Part shown: in pieces, positions 9,735 through 21,164 of the stretch
How positions within the stretch are numbered: the stretch's first letter is position 1
Layout of the letters: each line of letters begins with the position of its first letter
NCBI GenBank assembly: GCA_965200425.1
Contig: CBDAUA010000004.1
Span: forward strand, 146,105 to 210,104
Direction: 5' to 3'
DNA: 64,000 nucleotides
From: Arenicellales bacterium
Lineage (GTDB): Bacteria > Pseudomonadota > Gammaproteobacteria > Arenicellales > JAJDZL01
Made by a program: the position numbers and the translations under genes
Notes under the pieces: model-generated
The model's database searches: none
Told to the model about the DNA's origin: nothing
What the model saw: only the letters and a program-made list of their open reading frames with translations

Positions 9735-12143
9735 ATGGCCACCGATAATATGATTACAGTTGAAATAGACGAGCAGACACTGACATGCTCGCCAGGGGAA
9801 ATGGTGATCCAAGTCGCTGATGAAGCAGGGATCTACATTCCTCGATTTTGTTATCACGAGAAGCTTTCGGTCGCCGCGAATTGTCGGATGTGTCTAGTTG
9901 AGGTCGAACGGGCACCAAAACCATTACCGGCCTGTGCCACACCAGTGATGGATGGCATGAAAGTGAAGACCGTTTCAAAAAAGGCGGTCGAAGCACAAAA
10001 AGATACACTCGAATTTTTGCTAATTAATCATCCACTTGATTGTCCAATTTGCGATCAAGGTGGTGAATGCCCATTACAAGATCAAGCCGTAGGATACGGG
10101 GGACACCTTTCGCGATTTGAAGAAAAAAAACGTGTGGTTTCCGATCATGATATCGGCCCCCTTATCGAGACTGAAATGACGCGATGCATTCACTGCACCC
10201 GGTGTGTGCGTTTCGGAGAAGAAATTGCCGGTGTGATGGAACTAGGTATCACTCATCGAAGTGAACACTTAAAGATAGATACTTTTTTCAACAGTCCTGT
10301 TCACTCTGAAGTGTCGGGAAACGCCATTGACCTATGTCCGGTTGGTGCTTTGACATCAAAACCCTATCGATTCACTGCGCGATCATGGGAATTGATTGGC
10401 CATTCTTCCGTCAGTCCACATGATTGCGTCGGTACAAATCTCGAAATCCAAACTTTACGTGGTGAAGTCAAACGAGTGTTGCCGCGAGTCAATGAGGCGG
10501 TAAACGAATGTTGGATTTCAGATCGAGATCGATATAGCTATGAAGCAGTTATCGGCGCCGGCCGGTTAACTCAGCCGATGATGCGTACTGAATCTGGCAT
10601 GATCGAGGTGAGCTGGCACGACGCTCTGAACAAAGTCGTAAGTGAATTAAGGTCGGTCATTGAAGAACATAGTGTGAACGAGTTGGGTGCATTGGTATCT
10701 CCGACTTCGACGTTCGAAGAATTCTATTTGATGCAAAAATTGATGCGTGGCCTTGGTTGCCAGAATGTCGATCATCGATTGCGTCAGATTGATTTTTCAG
10801 GTGATAAAAATGCGCCACTATTTCCAGGTTCAAGCGTTCACATCGATCAGCTATCGACAGCTCGTGCAATTGTGCTTGTCGGTTCCAATATTCGGAAAGA
10901 GCAACCACTGCTTAGTCTGCGAGTACGCAAGGCATCTTTAAATGGAGCCAAAATCGCAGCCATCAATTCAATGGCTTGGGACTACAACTTCAAGCTTGAT
11001 TCCGATGTCACGGTTGCCCCACGTGTGATGCCTTATGCACTAGCACATGTGCTTCAATGGGTTTGTTCGATCAAAGGTATAGAGTATCCAGTAGATATAT
11101 CAACCGAGTTCCTACGTGGAGCGAGTCGATTTGCAAATAGTGAAAATTGTCAAGAAATCGCTCAGTTGTTGTGTGACCAGGGTTCTGAATCTGTTTTAAT
11201 TCTAGGACAATCTGTGATTTCGCATCCGATGTATAGTTGTATAGAACGGCTAGCAAATCACACCGCTGACTTGTCAGGATCGTCCTTGGTAACATTGCCT
11301 CCAGCAAATTCAGCCGCCGGCTGGCTAGCCGGTTGTATTCCTCACCGCACGGAAAATGGTCAAGCTGTTTCGTCACCGGGTTTTAACGCTCGTCAAATGG
11401 TGCACAATCCGAAGTCGGCGTACTTACTCTTCAATGTGGAGCCTACGAAGGATTTATCGGATGGGTTGCATGTTGCCGATGCGATGGATAGCGCGAAGTT
11501 CGTGATCAGTTTTCAATCCTTCGATGAGATTCCGGATTATGTAGACGTAGCACTACCGATCGCTCCGTTCACGGAAAACGCCGGGACGTTCATTAGTTGT
11601 GAAGGTCGCATTCAGAAGGCGGTTGCAGCAACTGAACCAATCGGAGAAGCTCGACCTGGCTGGAAGATATTGCGCGTACTCGGCAATTTTCTGGGAATCG
11701 ACGGGTTTGATTATGTGACGGTAGATGAGATTTTGCAGGAAGCCGCTCCGCCAGAGGGTCTTTGTGCATATTTGGACTCTGTTCAGGATGACACGGTTCC
11801 CTGTATAGCAAAGGAAAAAGAAAAAGAACCTGGTCGATTTGAATTGATCACGGATCCATTAATTTACGCGGTCGATCCTGTCGTGCGACGAGCGAAATCA
11901 TTGCAGCAAACAGCTGATGCTGCACCTGTCAATGTTGGTCTCAATCCCAGCGATATGGCAAGCTTGGACTTAGAGAGCGGTTCTGCAGTTACCTTACATC
12001 ATGATTTGTTTAGCATTCACACTCACGCCTACCCCGATTCTCGGGTTGCCCTGGGATGCGCATATTATCCGTCGGGAAACGCTGACGGTCCGACTGCTGC
12101 ATATGGTGCCGAGATTTTACTCGAGCACGAGGTTTGTGAATGA
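9735..12143 (+). CDS. nuoG: NADH-quinone oxidoreductase subunit G
   Basis: 802 aa. N-terminal 2Fe-2S ([18 protein letters not shown]), [14 protein letters not shown] and [10 protein letters not shown] motifs. Confidence 0.95.
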   Translation: MATDNMITVEIDEQTLTCSPGEMVIQVADEAGIYIPRFCYHEKLSVAANCRMCLVEVERAPKPLPACATPVMDGMKVKTVSKKAVEAQKDTLEFLLINHPLDCPICDQGGECPLQDQAVGYGGHLSRFEEKKRVVSDHDIGPLIETEMTRCIHCTRCVRFGEEIAGVMELGITHRSEHLKIDTFFNSPVHSEVSGNAIDLCPVGALTSKPYRFTARSWELIGHSSVSPHDCVGTNLEIQTLRGEVKRVLPRVNEAVNECWISDRDRYSYEAVIGAGRLTQPMMRTESGMIEVSWHDALNKVVSELRSVIEEHSVNELGALVSPTSTFEEFYLMQKLMRGLGCQNVDHRLRQIDFSGDKNAPLFPGSSVHIDQLSTARAIVLVGSNIRKEQPLLSLRVRKASLNGAKIAAINSMAWDYNFKLDSDVTVAPRVMPYALAHVLQWVCSIKGIEYPVDISTEFLRGASRFANSENCQEIAQLLCDQGSESVLILGQSVISHPMYSCIERLANHTADLSGSSLVTLPPANSAAGWLAGCIPHRTENGQAVSSPGFNARQMVHNPKSAYLLFNVEPTKDLSDGLHVADAMDSAKFVISFQSFDEIPDYVDVALPIAPFTENAGTFISCEGRIQKAVAATEPIGEARPGWKILRVLGNFLGIDGFDYVTVDEILQEAAPPEGLCAYLDSVQDDTVPCIAKEKEKEPGRFELITDPLIYAVDPVVRRAKSLQQTADAAPVNVGLNPSDMASLDLESGSAVTLHHDLFSIHTHAYPDSRVALGCAYYPSGNADGPTAAYGAEILLEHEVCE

Positions 12144-13183
12144 ATACGCTACTTTCTGCATGGGCAAGCCTACCTTGGACTGTACAAACAGGAATCGAAA
12201 GCTTAGTAAAAATTCTGGTCATTCTCATTCCACTATTTCTTTGTGTCGCATACCTTACCTACGCGGAACGAAAAATCATTGGTTACATTCAAGTTCGTAT
12301 CGGGCCGAATCGAGTTGGCCCTAAGGGTTTGTTTCAGCCTTTTGCAGATGCAATCAAACTTGCACTTAAAGAAATTATCATTCCTTCGAATGCGAACCGG
12401 GCACTGTTTATTTCTGCCCCAATTCTTTCATTGGCTCCCGCATTGGCAGCGTGGGCTGTCATTCCATTCACCGATTCTTTCGTCTTGGCAAACTTAGATG
12501 CTGGACTACTTTACATTCTGGCACTTACTTCGCTTGGGGTCTATGGCGTAATTATTGCCGGTTGGGCATCTAACTCCAAGTATGCATTTTTGGGCGCAAT
12601 GCGTTCAGCCGCGCAGATTGTGGCGTATGAAATTGCTATGGGATTTGCTCTAGTCGGATTGCTCATGGTTGCGGGTAGCTTGAATTTGGTACAAATCGTG
12701 ACCGCACAAGGCGGAGGTATTCACCAGTGGTTCGTATGGCCTTTGTTGCCGTTGTTCCTGGTTTATTTCATTTCAGGAGTTGCAGAAACCAATCGCGCTC
12801 CGTTTGATGTTGCGGAAGGCGAATCGGAGATTGTCGCCGGTTTTCATGTTGAATACTCGGGCATGTCGTTTATGGTGTTTTTCCTAGCTGAATACGCCAA
12901 TATGGTTTTGATCTCGACTCTTGCCGCGATTCTGTTTTTGGGTGGTTGGCATGCTCCGTTTGATTTCGCTCCGTTTACGTGGATTCCGCCTTTGTTCTGG
13001 TTGTTCGGTAAGATTGGATTGATGTTGTTCTTTTTTCTCTGGTTTCGAGCAACGTTTCCTCGCTATCGCTATGACCAAATTATGCGCCTTGGCTGGAAAG
13101 TATTTATTCCAGTGACAATTGTTTGGATTGTTGTGATTGGAGTGTTTCGTTATCTAACTCCTTTCGGCTTCATATTTAAATAA
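12140..13183 (+). CDS. nuoH: NADH-quinone oxidoreductase subunit H
   Basis: [29 protein letters not shown] and [26 protein letters not shown] motifs. Confidence 0.96.
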   Translation: MNTLLSAWASLPWTVQTGIESLVKILVILIPLFLCVAYLTYAERKIIGYIQVRIGPNRVGPKGLFQPFADAIKLALKEIIIPSNANRALFISAPILSLAPALAAWAVIPFTDSFVLANLDAGLLYILALTSLGVYGVIIAGWASNSKYAFLGAMRSAAQIVAYEIAMGFALVGLLMVAGSLNLVQIVTAQGGGIHQWFVWPLLPLFLVYFISGVAETNRAPFDVAEGESEIVAGFHVEYSGMSFMVFFLAEYANMVLISTLAAILFLGGWHAPFDFAPFTWIPPLFWLFGKIGLMLFFFLWFRATFPRYRYDQIMRLGWKVFIPVTIVWIVVIGVFRYLTPFGFIFK

Positions 13184-13196
13184 TAGGATTTGTCTC

Positions 13197-13688
13197 GTGT
13201 TAACTTGGATTCAACGAAATCTTAAAACATTTTTGCTACTCGAACTTGTTCGAGGCCTATCGGTTACGGGACGACATTTGTTTCGACGAAAAATTACCGT
13301 CCAATACCCTGAAGAAAAAACACCGAAGTCCCCTCGATTTCGTGGCATGCATGCCCTTCGCAGATATCCGAATGGTGAAGAACGTTGCATTGCATGCAAA
13401 TTATGTGAAGCGGTTTGCCCGGCACTCGCAATCACAATCGATTCGGAAGAAAGACCAGATGGTACTCGGCGTACGACTCGTTACGACATCGATATGTTCA
13501 AATGTATTTACTGCGGATTTTGCGAGGAAGCATGTCCTGTCGATTCTATCGTAGAAACGGACATTCACGAGTTTCACTTTGAAAATCGTGGCGACAACAT
13601 TCTAACCAAAGAAATGTTGCTTGCCATCGGAGATGAGTATGAAAAGCGCATCGCCGAGGCAAGACAGGCAGATTCAGCCTATCGATAA
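13197..13688 (+). CDS. nuoI: NADH-quinone oxidoreductase subunit I
   Basis: Two 4Fe-4S motifs, [12 protein letters not shown] and [15 protein letters not shown] start. Confidence 0.95.
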   Translation: MLTWIQRNLKTFLLLELVRGLSVTGRHLFRRKITVQYPEEKTPKSPRFRGMHALRRYPNGEERCIACKLCEAVCPALAITIDSEERPDGTRRTTRYDIDMFKCIYCGFCEEACPVDSIVETDIHEFHFENRGDNILTKEMLLAIGDEYEKRIAEARQADSAYR

Positions 13689-13699
13689 AGGGATTAATT

Positions 13700-14332
13700 T
13701 TGACATTTCTTCAATTCTCTTTCTATTTGTTTGCTGCGATCTTGATATTCGCTTCGACCATGGTGGTGACGGTCCGAAATCCGGTCAAGGCGGCCTTGTT
13801 TTTGGTGTTGGCGTTTTTTAGTGCAGCCTGTATTTGGATCACACTTGAGGCGGAATTTTTAGCGATTGTTCTAGTTTTGGTCTATGTCGGTGCCGTTATG
13901 GTACTGTTTCTGTTTGTTGTCATGATGCTTGATATCAATTTGACTAGACTGAAAGAAGGATTTGGCGAGTATTTACCGATCGGTGGAATCGTAGCTGTAT
14001 TGCTTGTCATTGAAATGGTGGTTGTATTGAATACCAAGGTGTTCAGTACAGAGACGATGCCAAGGCCTCCAGGACAACCAGAAAACTATAGCAATACCAT
14101 GGAGTTGGGTAAGATTCTCTATACCCAGTATGCATATCCTTTTGAAATTGCTGCCATTATCTTACTTGTCGCAATTGTCGCAGCGATTTCCTTGACCTTG
14201 AGAAAACGGCCTGAAACGCGTTACCAAAAGCCAGCAAAGCAAGTGGCTGTTCAAAAACGAGATCGATTGCGGATCGTTTCAATGAAAGCTGAAACAGATC
14301 ATCTAAATTCACCTAAAGATAAAGATAAGTGA
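13700..14332 (+). CDS. nuoJ: NADH-quinone oxidoreductase subunit J
   Basis: 210-aa polytopic membrane protein ([19 protein letters not shown]) at the conserved position. TTG start. Confidence 0.9.
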   Translation: MTFLQFSFYLFAAILIFASTMVVTVRNPVKAALFLVLAFFSAACIWITLEAEFLAIVLVLVYVGAVMVLFLFVVMMLDINLTRLKEGFGEYLPIGGIVAVLLVIEMVVVLNTKVFSTETMPRPPGQPENYSNTMELGKILYTQYAYPFEIAAIILLVAIVAAISLTLRKRPETRYQKPAKQVAVQKRDRLRIVSMKAETDHLNSPKDKDK

Positions 14333-14634
14333 TTCCACTGTCACATTATTTAATCTTGGCGGCCATCGTTTTTTCGATCGCCATTGTTGGCATCTTTCTT
14401 AACCGAAAGAATGTCGTGATTTTGCTGATGGCGATTGAGCTTCTGTTACTTGCAGTCAATATCAATTTTGTTTCATTTTCACACTATCTACAGGATTTAT
14501 CGGGTCAGGTTTTTGTCTTTTTTATTCTGACAGTAGCGGCCGCGGAAGCAGCCATAGGACTTGCCATTTTGATCGTACTATTTCGAAATCGCCGCACGAT
14601 TAACGTTGAAGACCTTAACCGACTTAGCGGCTAG
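14329..14634 (+). CDS. nuoK: NADH-quinone oxidoreductase subunit K
   Basis: 101 aa. [15 protein letters not shown]...[16 protein letters not shown]. Overlaps nuoJ by 4 nt. Confidence 0.94.
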   Translation: MIPLSHYLILAAIVFSIAIVGIFLNRKNVVILLMAIELLLLAVNINFVSFSHYLQDLSGQVFVFFILTVAAAEAAIGLAILIVLFRNRRTINVEDLNRLSG

Positions 14635-14652
14635 TTTTATCGACTAAGTTCT

Positions 14653-16617
14653 ATGCTAATCGTTTATTCATTGATTCCATTTAGCTGTCTTGCTGCTGCT
14701 GTGATCGCTGGTTTGGGTGGCAAGCTAATCGGGCGTACTGCAACGCACCGAGTCGCGATTAGTGGTGTTGCAATCAGTTTCGCTCTTTCTCTGTATGTTC
14801 TTATCGATGTCCTACTAGGCAACACGTTCAATGGAACCCTATACATTTGGGGCAGTAGCGGCAATTTGACATTTCAAATCGGTTTTCTCGTTGATGAACT
14901 GTCCTCGTCGATGGCTGTGATAGTCACATTCGTATCCTTTATGGTGCATATTTACACGATCGGGTATATGCGCGATGATCCCGGTTATCAGAGGTTTTTC
15001 AGCTACATTGCTCTATTTACCTTTGCAATGCTCATGCTCGTTATGGCCAACAATTTCTTGCAGTTATTTTTTGGTTGGGAAGGTGTTGGAGTCGTGTCCT
15101 ATCTGTTGATTGGGTTTTGGTTCGATCGGGACTCGGCGATCTTTGCGAACATGAAAGCCTTTTTGGTCAATCGAATAGGAGACTTCGGATTTATTCTTGC
15201 AATCGCGGCGATAGCCTACCTATTTGGTACATTGGATTACGCGCATATTTTTGAGGCAGCACCTGCTGCCAAATCGTTGATGGTCGAAGTGTCTCATGGA
15301 ACCCATTGGCATTGGTTGACGATCATTTGTTTGTTACTCTTTGTCGGTGCTATGGGTAAGTCCGCGCAAGTACCCTTGCATGTTTGGTTACCTGATTCAA
15401 TGGAAGGACCCACTCCTATATCAGCCTTAATTCATGCCGCGACAATGGTGACTGCTGGTATTTTTATGGTAGCAAGAATGTCGCCTTTGTTTGAGCAATC
15501 AGAAGTCGCATTGACCGTAGTGATCACCATCGGAGCCATCACTGCTTTATTTATGGCTTTGATTGGCTTGGTACAAAACGATATCAAACGAATTGTTGCG
15601 TACTCGACACTTTCACAACTCGGTTATATGACGGTTGCACTTGGAGCCTCTGCCTATGCCGCCGGAATATTTCATCTAATGACGCATGCGTTTTTCAAGG
15701 CACTGTTGTTTTTGGCTGCTGGGTCAGTCATTGTCGCGCTTCATCATCAACAGGATATTCGTCATATGGGGGGCTTGCGGAAGCTTATGCCAATTACCTA
15801 CTGGACGGCAGTTCTCGGTTCCTTAGCACTGGCTGGGTTGCCACCATTTGCTGGCTTTTTCTCAAAAGACATGATCATAGAAGCCGTTCATGCTAGTAAT
15901 TTGCCAGGCAGTGGGTTTGCATATTTTGCCGTCACGATAGCTGTCTTTATCACAGCCTTGTATTCGTTTCGGATGCTGTTCCTCGTCTTTCATGGTAAGA
16001 CACGGATGAGCAAGCATGAATGGGATCACGCGCATGAATCTCCATGGGTGATAACGCTGCCTTTGGTTGCGCTGGCGATTCCTTCTGTTTTGTTCGGTTT
16101 TTTCTTTATCGAGCCCATGCTATTTGGTGGATTTTTCTCGAGTTCGATTATGGTTTCGAGTCATCATGACGTACTCGCTTATCTTGCGCAGGGATTTGAA
16201 GCTAAAGATGCCTTCGGTGTTGCGCTTCAGATGATGAGTCACTCTATCGTAACTCTTCCATTTTGGCTGGCGGTGGGCGGGATATTTGTGGCTTGGTTGC
16301 TATACATCCGTAATCCAGATTTACCTGAAAAAATCCAATCTCGTGTTCGGGTACTCTGGTACATTCTCGATCGAAAATATGGGTTTGACGATTTCAATGA
16401 GATCGTTATCGCGAGCAATACTCGATCGCTTGGTCATGCCCTCTGGCGCATCATCGACGATCGAGTCATAGACGGCTTTATTGTCAACGGCCTTGCAAAT
16501 ACTGTGAAGAAAATCTCAGCTCGAATTAGACATATGCAATCGGGTTTTGTGTACCACTACGCGTTTTCAATGATCATCGGGCTATTTCTATTGATGACAT
16601 GGCTTGCAGCTAGGTAG
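14653..16617 (+). CDS. nuoL: NADH-quinone oxidoreductase subunit L
   Basis: 654-aa antiporter-like subunit. FFGWEGVGVVSYLLIGFW, GKSAQVPLHVWLPDSMEGPTPISALIHAATMV. Confidence 0.95.
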   Translation: MLIVYSLIPFSCLAAAVIAGLGGKLIGRTATHRVAISGVAISFALSLYVLIDVLLGNTFNGTLYIWGSSGNLTFQIGFLVDELSSSMAVIVTFVSFMVHIYTIGYMRDDPGYQRFFSYIALFTFAMLMLVMANNFLQLFFGWEGVGVVSYLLIGFWFDRDSAIFANMKAFLVNRIGDFGFILAIAAIAYLFGTLDYAHIFEAAPAAKSLMVEVSHGTHWHWLTIICLLLFVGAMGKSAQVPLHVWLPDSMEGPTPISALIHAATMVTAGIFMVARMSPLFEQSEVALTVVITIGAITALFMALIGLVQNDIKRIVAYSTLSQLGYMTVALGASAYAAGIFHLMTHAFFKALLFLAAGSVIVALHHQQDIRHMGGLRKLMPITYWTAVLGSLALAGLPPFAGFFSKDMIIEAVHASNLPGSGFAYFAVTIAVFITALYSFRMLFLVFHGKTRMSKHEWDHAHESPWVITLPLVALAIPSVLFGFFFIEPMLFGGFFSSSIMVSSHHDVLAYLAQGFEAKDAFGVALQMMSHSIVTLPFWLAVGGIFVAWLLYIRNPDLPEKIQSRVRVLWYILDRKYGFDDFNEIVIASNTRSLGHALWRIIDDRVIDGFIVNGLANTVKKISARIRHMQSGFVYHYAFSMIIGLFLLMTWLAAR

Positions 16618-16624
16618 ATCAATA

Positions 16625-18106
16625 ATGTTCAGTGAATTTGGACTGTTATCTGCGACGATTTGGTTGCCGATATTGGGAGGAGTGGCCGTAATCGTCATCG
16701 GCGCCATTCGCCAGGAATGGGTCAGAGTCAGTGCACTGATCGTATCCTTAGTGGTTTTCGTCATTAGTCTTCCACTGTATTTCAAATTCGATGTGACGGA
16801 TGCTGGGCATCAATTTGTTGAACATCGCGAGTGGATTCCAGCGTTCAACATCAATTACACCATAGGGATTGATGGTATATCGCTACCTCTGATTCTCCTT
16901 ACGACCTTCCTGACGGTGCTTGTCGTAATTGCAGGTTACAAAGTCGTTCAATACAAGGTCGGGAGTTATATGGGAGCCTTTCTGATATTGGAAGGCTTCA
17001 TGATTGGTGTATTTTCAGCCTTAGACGCAGTCCTTTTTTACATATTTTGGGAAGCGATGTTGATTCCCATGTTCTTGCTCATTGGTATGTGGGGAGGAGA
17101 GAATCGAATCTATGCAACGATCAAGTTCTTTCTGTACACCTTACTCGGATCTTTGTTGATGTTGGTGGCGTTTCTGTATCTATACAACGTCAGTGATTCC
17201 ACTTTCAACATATTGGATTGGCACTATCTTCACATTGGGTATACGCCCCAAATCTTGTTATTCATTGCTTTTTTCGCTGCTTTTGCAGTCAAGGTTCCGA
17301 TGGTGCCCGTACATACATGGTTGCCTGATGCACATGTTGAAGCCCCAACTGGCGGCTCTGTCATTCTGGCTGCGGTTATGTTAAAAATGGGTGCATACGG
17401 ATTTCTTCGATTTAGTTTGCCGATATTGCCAGATGCCTCCCAGGCACTCGCTGGTGTCATGATCGCTTTGTCGTTGATTGCAATCGTCTACATTGCTTTG
17501 GTCGCGCTGGCCCAAACCGACATGAAGAAGTTGATCGCCTACTCATCGATTTCACACATGGGCTTTGTGACACTCGGGTTCTTTGTCTTTAATACCTACG
17601 GCATTGAGGGGGCTATAGTGCAGATGATCTCACATGGATTTGTATCGGGTGCTCTGTTTCTCTGTGTGGGTGTCTTGTATGATCGACTGCATTCCAGAAA
17701 AATAGAAACGTATGGAGGTGTCGCGCACAGCATGCCAGTTTTCGCTGCACTGATGATGGTCTTTACCTTAGCGAATGTGGGATTGCCTGGCACTTCAGGT
17801 TTTGTGGGAGAATTGCTCGTCATTATTGGTACATTTCAAGAGAACGCGGTATACGCCGGAATCGCTGCTTTGACTTTGATCTTTGGTGCTGCTTACACTC
17901 TTAGATTGTATAAACGAGTGATTTATGGAAGAGTAACCAGCGATGCCGTTGCCGCTCTAAAGGACTTACAAGCTCATGAGATCATAAGCTTAGGACTGAT
18001 TGCAATTTTTGTGTTACTGCTTGGAATTTGGCCTTTTCCACTCTTGGAAGTAATGCACCCGGCCGTAGAACTGTTGGTCGAACAATCCTCGCTTAGCAAA
18101 CTCTGA
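16625..18106 (+). CDS. nuoM: NADH-quinone oxidoreductase subunit M
   Basis: I prefer the ATG at 16625. GIDGISLPLILLTTFL, KVPMVPVHTWLPDAHVEAPTGGSVILA. Confidence 0.95.
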   Translation: MFSEFGLLSATIWLPILGGVAVIVIGAIRQEWVRVSALIVSLVVFVISLPLYFKFDVTDAGHQFVEHREWIPAFNINYTIGIDGISLPLILLTTFLTVLVVIAGYKVVQYKVGSYMGAFLILEGFMIGVFSALDAVLFYIFWEAMLIPMFLLIGMWGGENRIYATIKFFLYTLLGSLLMLVAFLYLYNVSDSTFNILDWHYLHIGYTPQILLFIAFFAAFAVKVPMVPVHTWLPDAHVEAPTGGSVILAAVMLKMGAYGFLRFSLPILPDASQALAGVMIALSLIAIVYIALVALAQTDMKKLIAYSSISHMGFVTLGFFVFNTYGIEGAIVQMISHGFVSGALFLCVGVLYDRLHSRKIETYGGVAHSMPVFAALMMVFTLANVGLPGTSGFVGELLVIIGTFQENAVYAGIAALTLIFGAAYTLRLYKRVIYGRVTSDAVAALKDLQAHEIISLGLIAIFVLLLGIWPFPLLEVMHPAVELLVEQSSLSKL

Positions 18107-18251
18107 GGAAATTCCTTTACTCGAGGCGGGTTTATCCTCCGAAATCACAATTTACTTGTCTGAAGTTGAGAGACGAGTAACGAAATTTCTTAAATCTTTC
18201 TTCGTTTTGATAACATTTCCCTTGTAAACGAGTGTTTTCAATTTCTTTTAA

Positions 18252-19226
18252 GTGAATACGATTATGAATAAGTTAATTCCAGATTTTGCCCCTAAGCTTG
18301 ACTGGTCAGTTCCATTGCAGGCTCGAGATGAGAATGGAAATTCCGATGAATTGTTTCATTGGGGTGTCAATTCCGAATACGGAGTACTGCACGATGTATT
18401 GCTCGGTTCCCCTGAGTGTTTTCGCTGGATGGGCGAAGAGAATCTTGAATTTAGCTCGATTTGTAGAGCATCTGAGCGTTCTGGATTGAATTTTGATCAC
18501 TCCTTAGCGCTAAGGCAACATGCGGAGCTAGTCGACGCTTATCAGTCGGCGGAGGTTGATGTTCACATTCTAGAACCGAATATGCACACTCCTTATCAAG
18601 TGTATACGCGAGATTCCAACTTTATGACACCATTCGGTGCGGTTGTGTGTCAACTTGCAAATCCGAGGCGGCGAGGGGAGTACGCTGAAATCTTGAGATT
18701 TTACTTAGCTAAAGGTATTCCAATCTATGACCTGGTGAGTGCCGGCAATTTTGAAGGCGGCGATTTCAATCTAATCGAACCTGGAGCAGTGCTTATTGGC
18801 TATACCGATCACCGGACTGAAGAACGTGCTGCGTTTCAAGTTGGCGGTTGGATGGAAAATGAAGGTTGGGAAGTGAAATACGCCCCAATCGATGAATTCT
18901 ACGTACACATTGATTTGATGGTGTGTATGGTCGCAGAAAAGTGTGCTGCAGTTTGTCTAGATACGACAAGTGATGATGTTCTAGACTGGCTTCGAAGTCG
19001 AAATATTGAAATGATTCCTGTGAGTTTTCGAGATACGATGGACCTTGCCTGCAACGTTGTCGCACTTGGTAACGATCGTGTGATTTCCACTGAAGCTGCG
19101 GTGGATTTAAATCGTAAACTCAGAGCGTTGGGATTTGAAGTCTATGACCCTGACATGTCTATGTTTACGCAAGCCGGTGGAGGTGTCCACTGCATGGCGC
19201 AACCGCTGCGTCGAGAACCGGCTTGA
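18252..19226 (+). CDS. Guanidino-group-modifying enzyme superfamily protein (amidinotransferase / DDAH / arginine-deiminase-like)
   Basis: 324 aa. NFEGGDF, a central His-containing segment and the C-terminal nucleophile motif GGGVHCMAQPL. An alternative ATG start is at 18264. Confidence 0.7.
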   Translation: MNTIMNKLIPDFAPKLDWSVPLQARDENGNSDELFHWGVNSEYGVLHDVLLGSPECFRWMGEENLEFSSICRASERSGLNFDHSLALRQHAELVDAYQSAEVDVHILEPNMHTPYQVYTRDSNFMTPFGAVVCQLANPRRRGEYAEILRFYLAKGIPIYDLVSAGNFEGGDFNLIEPGAVLIGYTDHRTEERAAFQVGGWMENEGWEVKYAPIDEFYVHIDLMVCMVAEKCAAVCLDTTSDDVLDWLRSRNIEMIPVSFRDTMDLACNVVALGNDRVISTEAAVDLNRKLRALGFEVYDPDMSMFTQAGGGVHCMAQPLRREPA

Positions 19227-19230
19227 CAAC

Positions 19231-19716
19231 TTATTTCGGTTTAGAAATCCGAATGGAACGACCCGCATTGCGCGGTTTTGGCAGCTTTTTGTGTTGGCAA
19301 TCGAGTTCATATAGAGCTTGTTGAACCAAGGGCTTAAAATTCATAACACCTCTTTCATTCAAGTCAAAACCTAGTGCTAAAACTTCATTCGTAGCTGCCA
19401 GGTACTGCTCGTCGGTTTGATACAGTTCATGATAAATTCGAAAACGCTTATCGTCGAATTCCAGCAATTGTGTGGTAACGAGTAAAGGAGCGCCGAGTCG
19501 TACTTCGGCCAAATAGTTTACGTGTGTTTCGACTACCGCGTATTCGGCCCCCTGTCTTTGTTCAATTGATAGATTGTCGTTGATTAACTCCCAGAACGCA
19601 TAAGTTGATTGGTCACAGACGAGTACGTAGTAGGCTAGATTCATATGGTCGTATTCATCTACCCATTCTGCACGCACATGGTCACGGTGCAACTGTAAGG
19701 TTTGATCAGAGATCAT
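19231..19716 (-). CDS. Hotdog-fold acyl-CoA thioesterase (4HBT/YbgC-like)
   Basis: 161 aa. The N-terminal pattern VRAEWVDEYDHMNLAYYV is typical of 4HBT-type thioesterases. It lies 23 bp downstream of the amidase on the same strand. Confidence 0.65.
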   Translation of the reverse strand: MISDQTLQLHRDHVRAEWVDEYDHMNLAYYVLVCDQSTYAFWELINDNLSIEQRQGAEYAVVETHVNYLAEVRLGAPLLVTTQLLEFDDKRFRIYHELYQTDEQYLAATNEVLALGFDLNERGVMNFKPLVQQALYELDCQHKKLPKPRNAGRSIRISKPK

Positions 19717-19739
19717 ATCTTTGATTTTTGGTTACGAAA

Positions 19740-21164
19740 CTATCGTAGGTTTAATGTAGGGGCAGCTACGAGTGACTCCAGACGAAGACCAGCTGCGAGT
19801 AGTTTTTCTTCATTATTCGGTGGTGCCATTAGCTGAAAGCCTACTGGCATTGCATTGTGATCGAGCCCTACCGGTACTGTAAGAGAACACAAATTGAGAT
19901 AACTTCCGACCGAGGTGTTTTGCAGTGCCAACAGATTTTTCGGCATATAAGCACCAGGAATTTCAATTTCTTCGACGGTGGGTGGTGACAATGGTACAGT
20001 GGGCGAAGCAATGACATCGCAGTGTTGGAATTGTTCCAAGGCTTGTGATCCAAGGTTTCGAATTCGCCGAGCGCGCCTCAAAAACTCGACTGCACTGATA
20101 TCGTCTCCATTACGGACTCGATCCCGAATCACTAAATCCAAGGAATCAATCCATTCAGGGAGCTCGGATAACATAAACTCAGTGAGTTCTGCTGAAATCG
20201 TACTTCCTGTGTTCCTCAATTGGATTGCTTGCGAAGCTTCAGGAAAATCCAGGTTGTGGACGGAGCAGCCATCGGACTCCAATGCTTGCAATGCAAGCAT
20301 GCAGACATTTTGAATCGAACGTTCGCAGGTTTGCCACATTCGGTTGTCATCAAGCCCAATTCTGAAATTGTTTTCTGCCACTACCGACAATTTTTCAAAG
20401 AACTCAATGGCCGAGTTCATCGATGACGATGATGCGTTGTCTAGTGCATGGAAAGCATAGATGGCATCTTCTACTGTTCTAGTAAGCACTCCTGCTGTAT
20501 CCAAAATGGGGCTTAGGGGCACGATGCCTTCTGTAGACCAGCGGTGCTTCGTTGTTTTTAAACCGACCATCCCCGCATAGCTGGCTGGTACTCTCACCGA
20601 ACCGGCCGTGTCTGTACCCATTGCTAAAAAAGCCGATCCTTCAACTAGCGAAATTCCTGCACCGGAACTGGATCCACCGGGTACTCGATGTTGATTTCGA
20701 TCCCACGGATTCCGCGGAGTTCCCCAGTGATGATTTACGCCGAGTCCTCCGTACGCGAACTGAACTGTGTGTGTTTTGCCCATCAGCACCGCCGATTGCT
20801 GTTGGAGATTTTGTACGACAGGCCCTGCTTTACGCCATTGGTTCGGCAGCGGGATTTTACTTCCGGCGTAGGTTGAATAACCCGGAATTCCATAGATGTC
20901 TTTGATTGAAATTGGAATGCCGTGTAAGCATCCGTAATCCATTCCTCGCTTGAATCGATGATCGGCTTGTTGGGCCAGAGTCAGAGCGCGTCGAGGTGCC
21001 CATTCGAGGTATGCATTGAAATTCTCACCAACAGATTCGTGTTGTGCAATTGCCTGGCGAGTCAAATCAACACTCGTTATTTGACCGTTTCGCAATAACT
21101 GTGCGAGCTGGGTAATCGAGTATTCGGAGAATCGATTTAGACGCGGTTCATTCATGGAACTCAA
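19740..21164 (-). CDS. Amidase-signature family amidase with intact catalytic triad
   Basis: 474 aa. HGIPISIKD (Lys), GGSSSGAG (cis-Ser) and GTDTAGSVRVPAS (nucleophile Ser). Confidence 0.88.
   Translation of the reverse strand: MSSMNEPRLNRFSEYSITQLAQLLRNGQITSVDLTRQAIAQHESVGENFNAYLEWAPRRALTLAQQADHRFKRGMDYGCLHGIPISIKDIYGIPGYSTYAGSKIPLPNQWRKAGPVVQNLQQQSAVLMGKTHTVQFAYGGLGVNHHWGTPRNPWDRNQHRVPGGSSSGAGISLVEGSAFLAMGTDTAGSVRVPASYAGMVGLKTTKHRWSTEGIVPLSPILDTAGVLTRTVEDAIYAFHALDNASSSSMNSAIEFFEKLSVVAENNFRIGLDDNRMWQTCERSIQNVCMLALQALESDGCSVHNLDFPEASQAIQLRNTGSTISAELTEFMLSELPEWIDSLDLVIRDRVRNGDDISAVEFLRRARRIRNLGSQALEQFQHCDVIASPTVPLSPPTVEEIEIPGAYMPKNLLALQNTSVGSYLNLCSLTVPVGLDHNAMPVGFQLMAPPNNEEKLLAAGLRLESLVAAPTLNLR

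Noticed and set aside
18107-18251. I looked for a nuoN remnant or an intrinsic terminator directly after nuoM.
   Set aside because: Only 145 bp are available. I saw no NuoN-like reading frame and only weak 4-bp stems.
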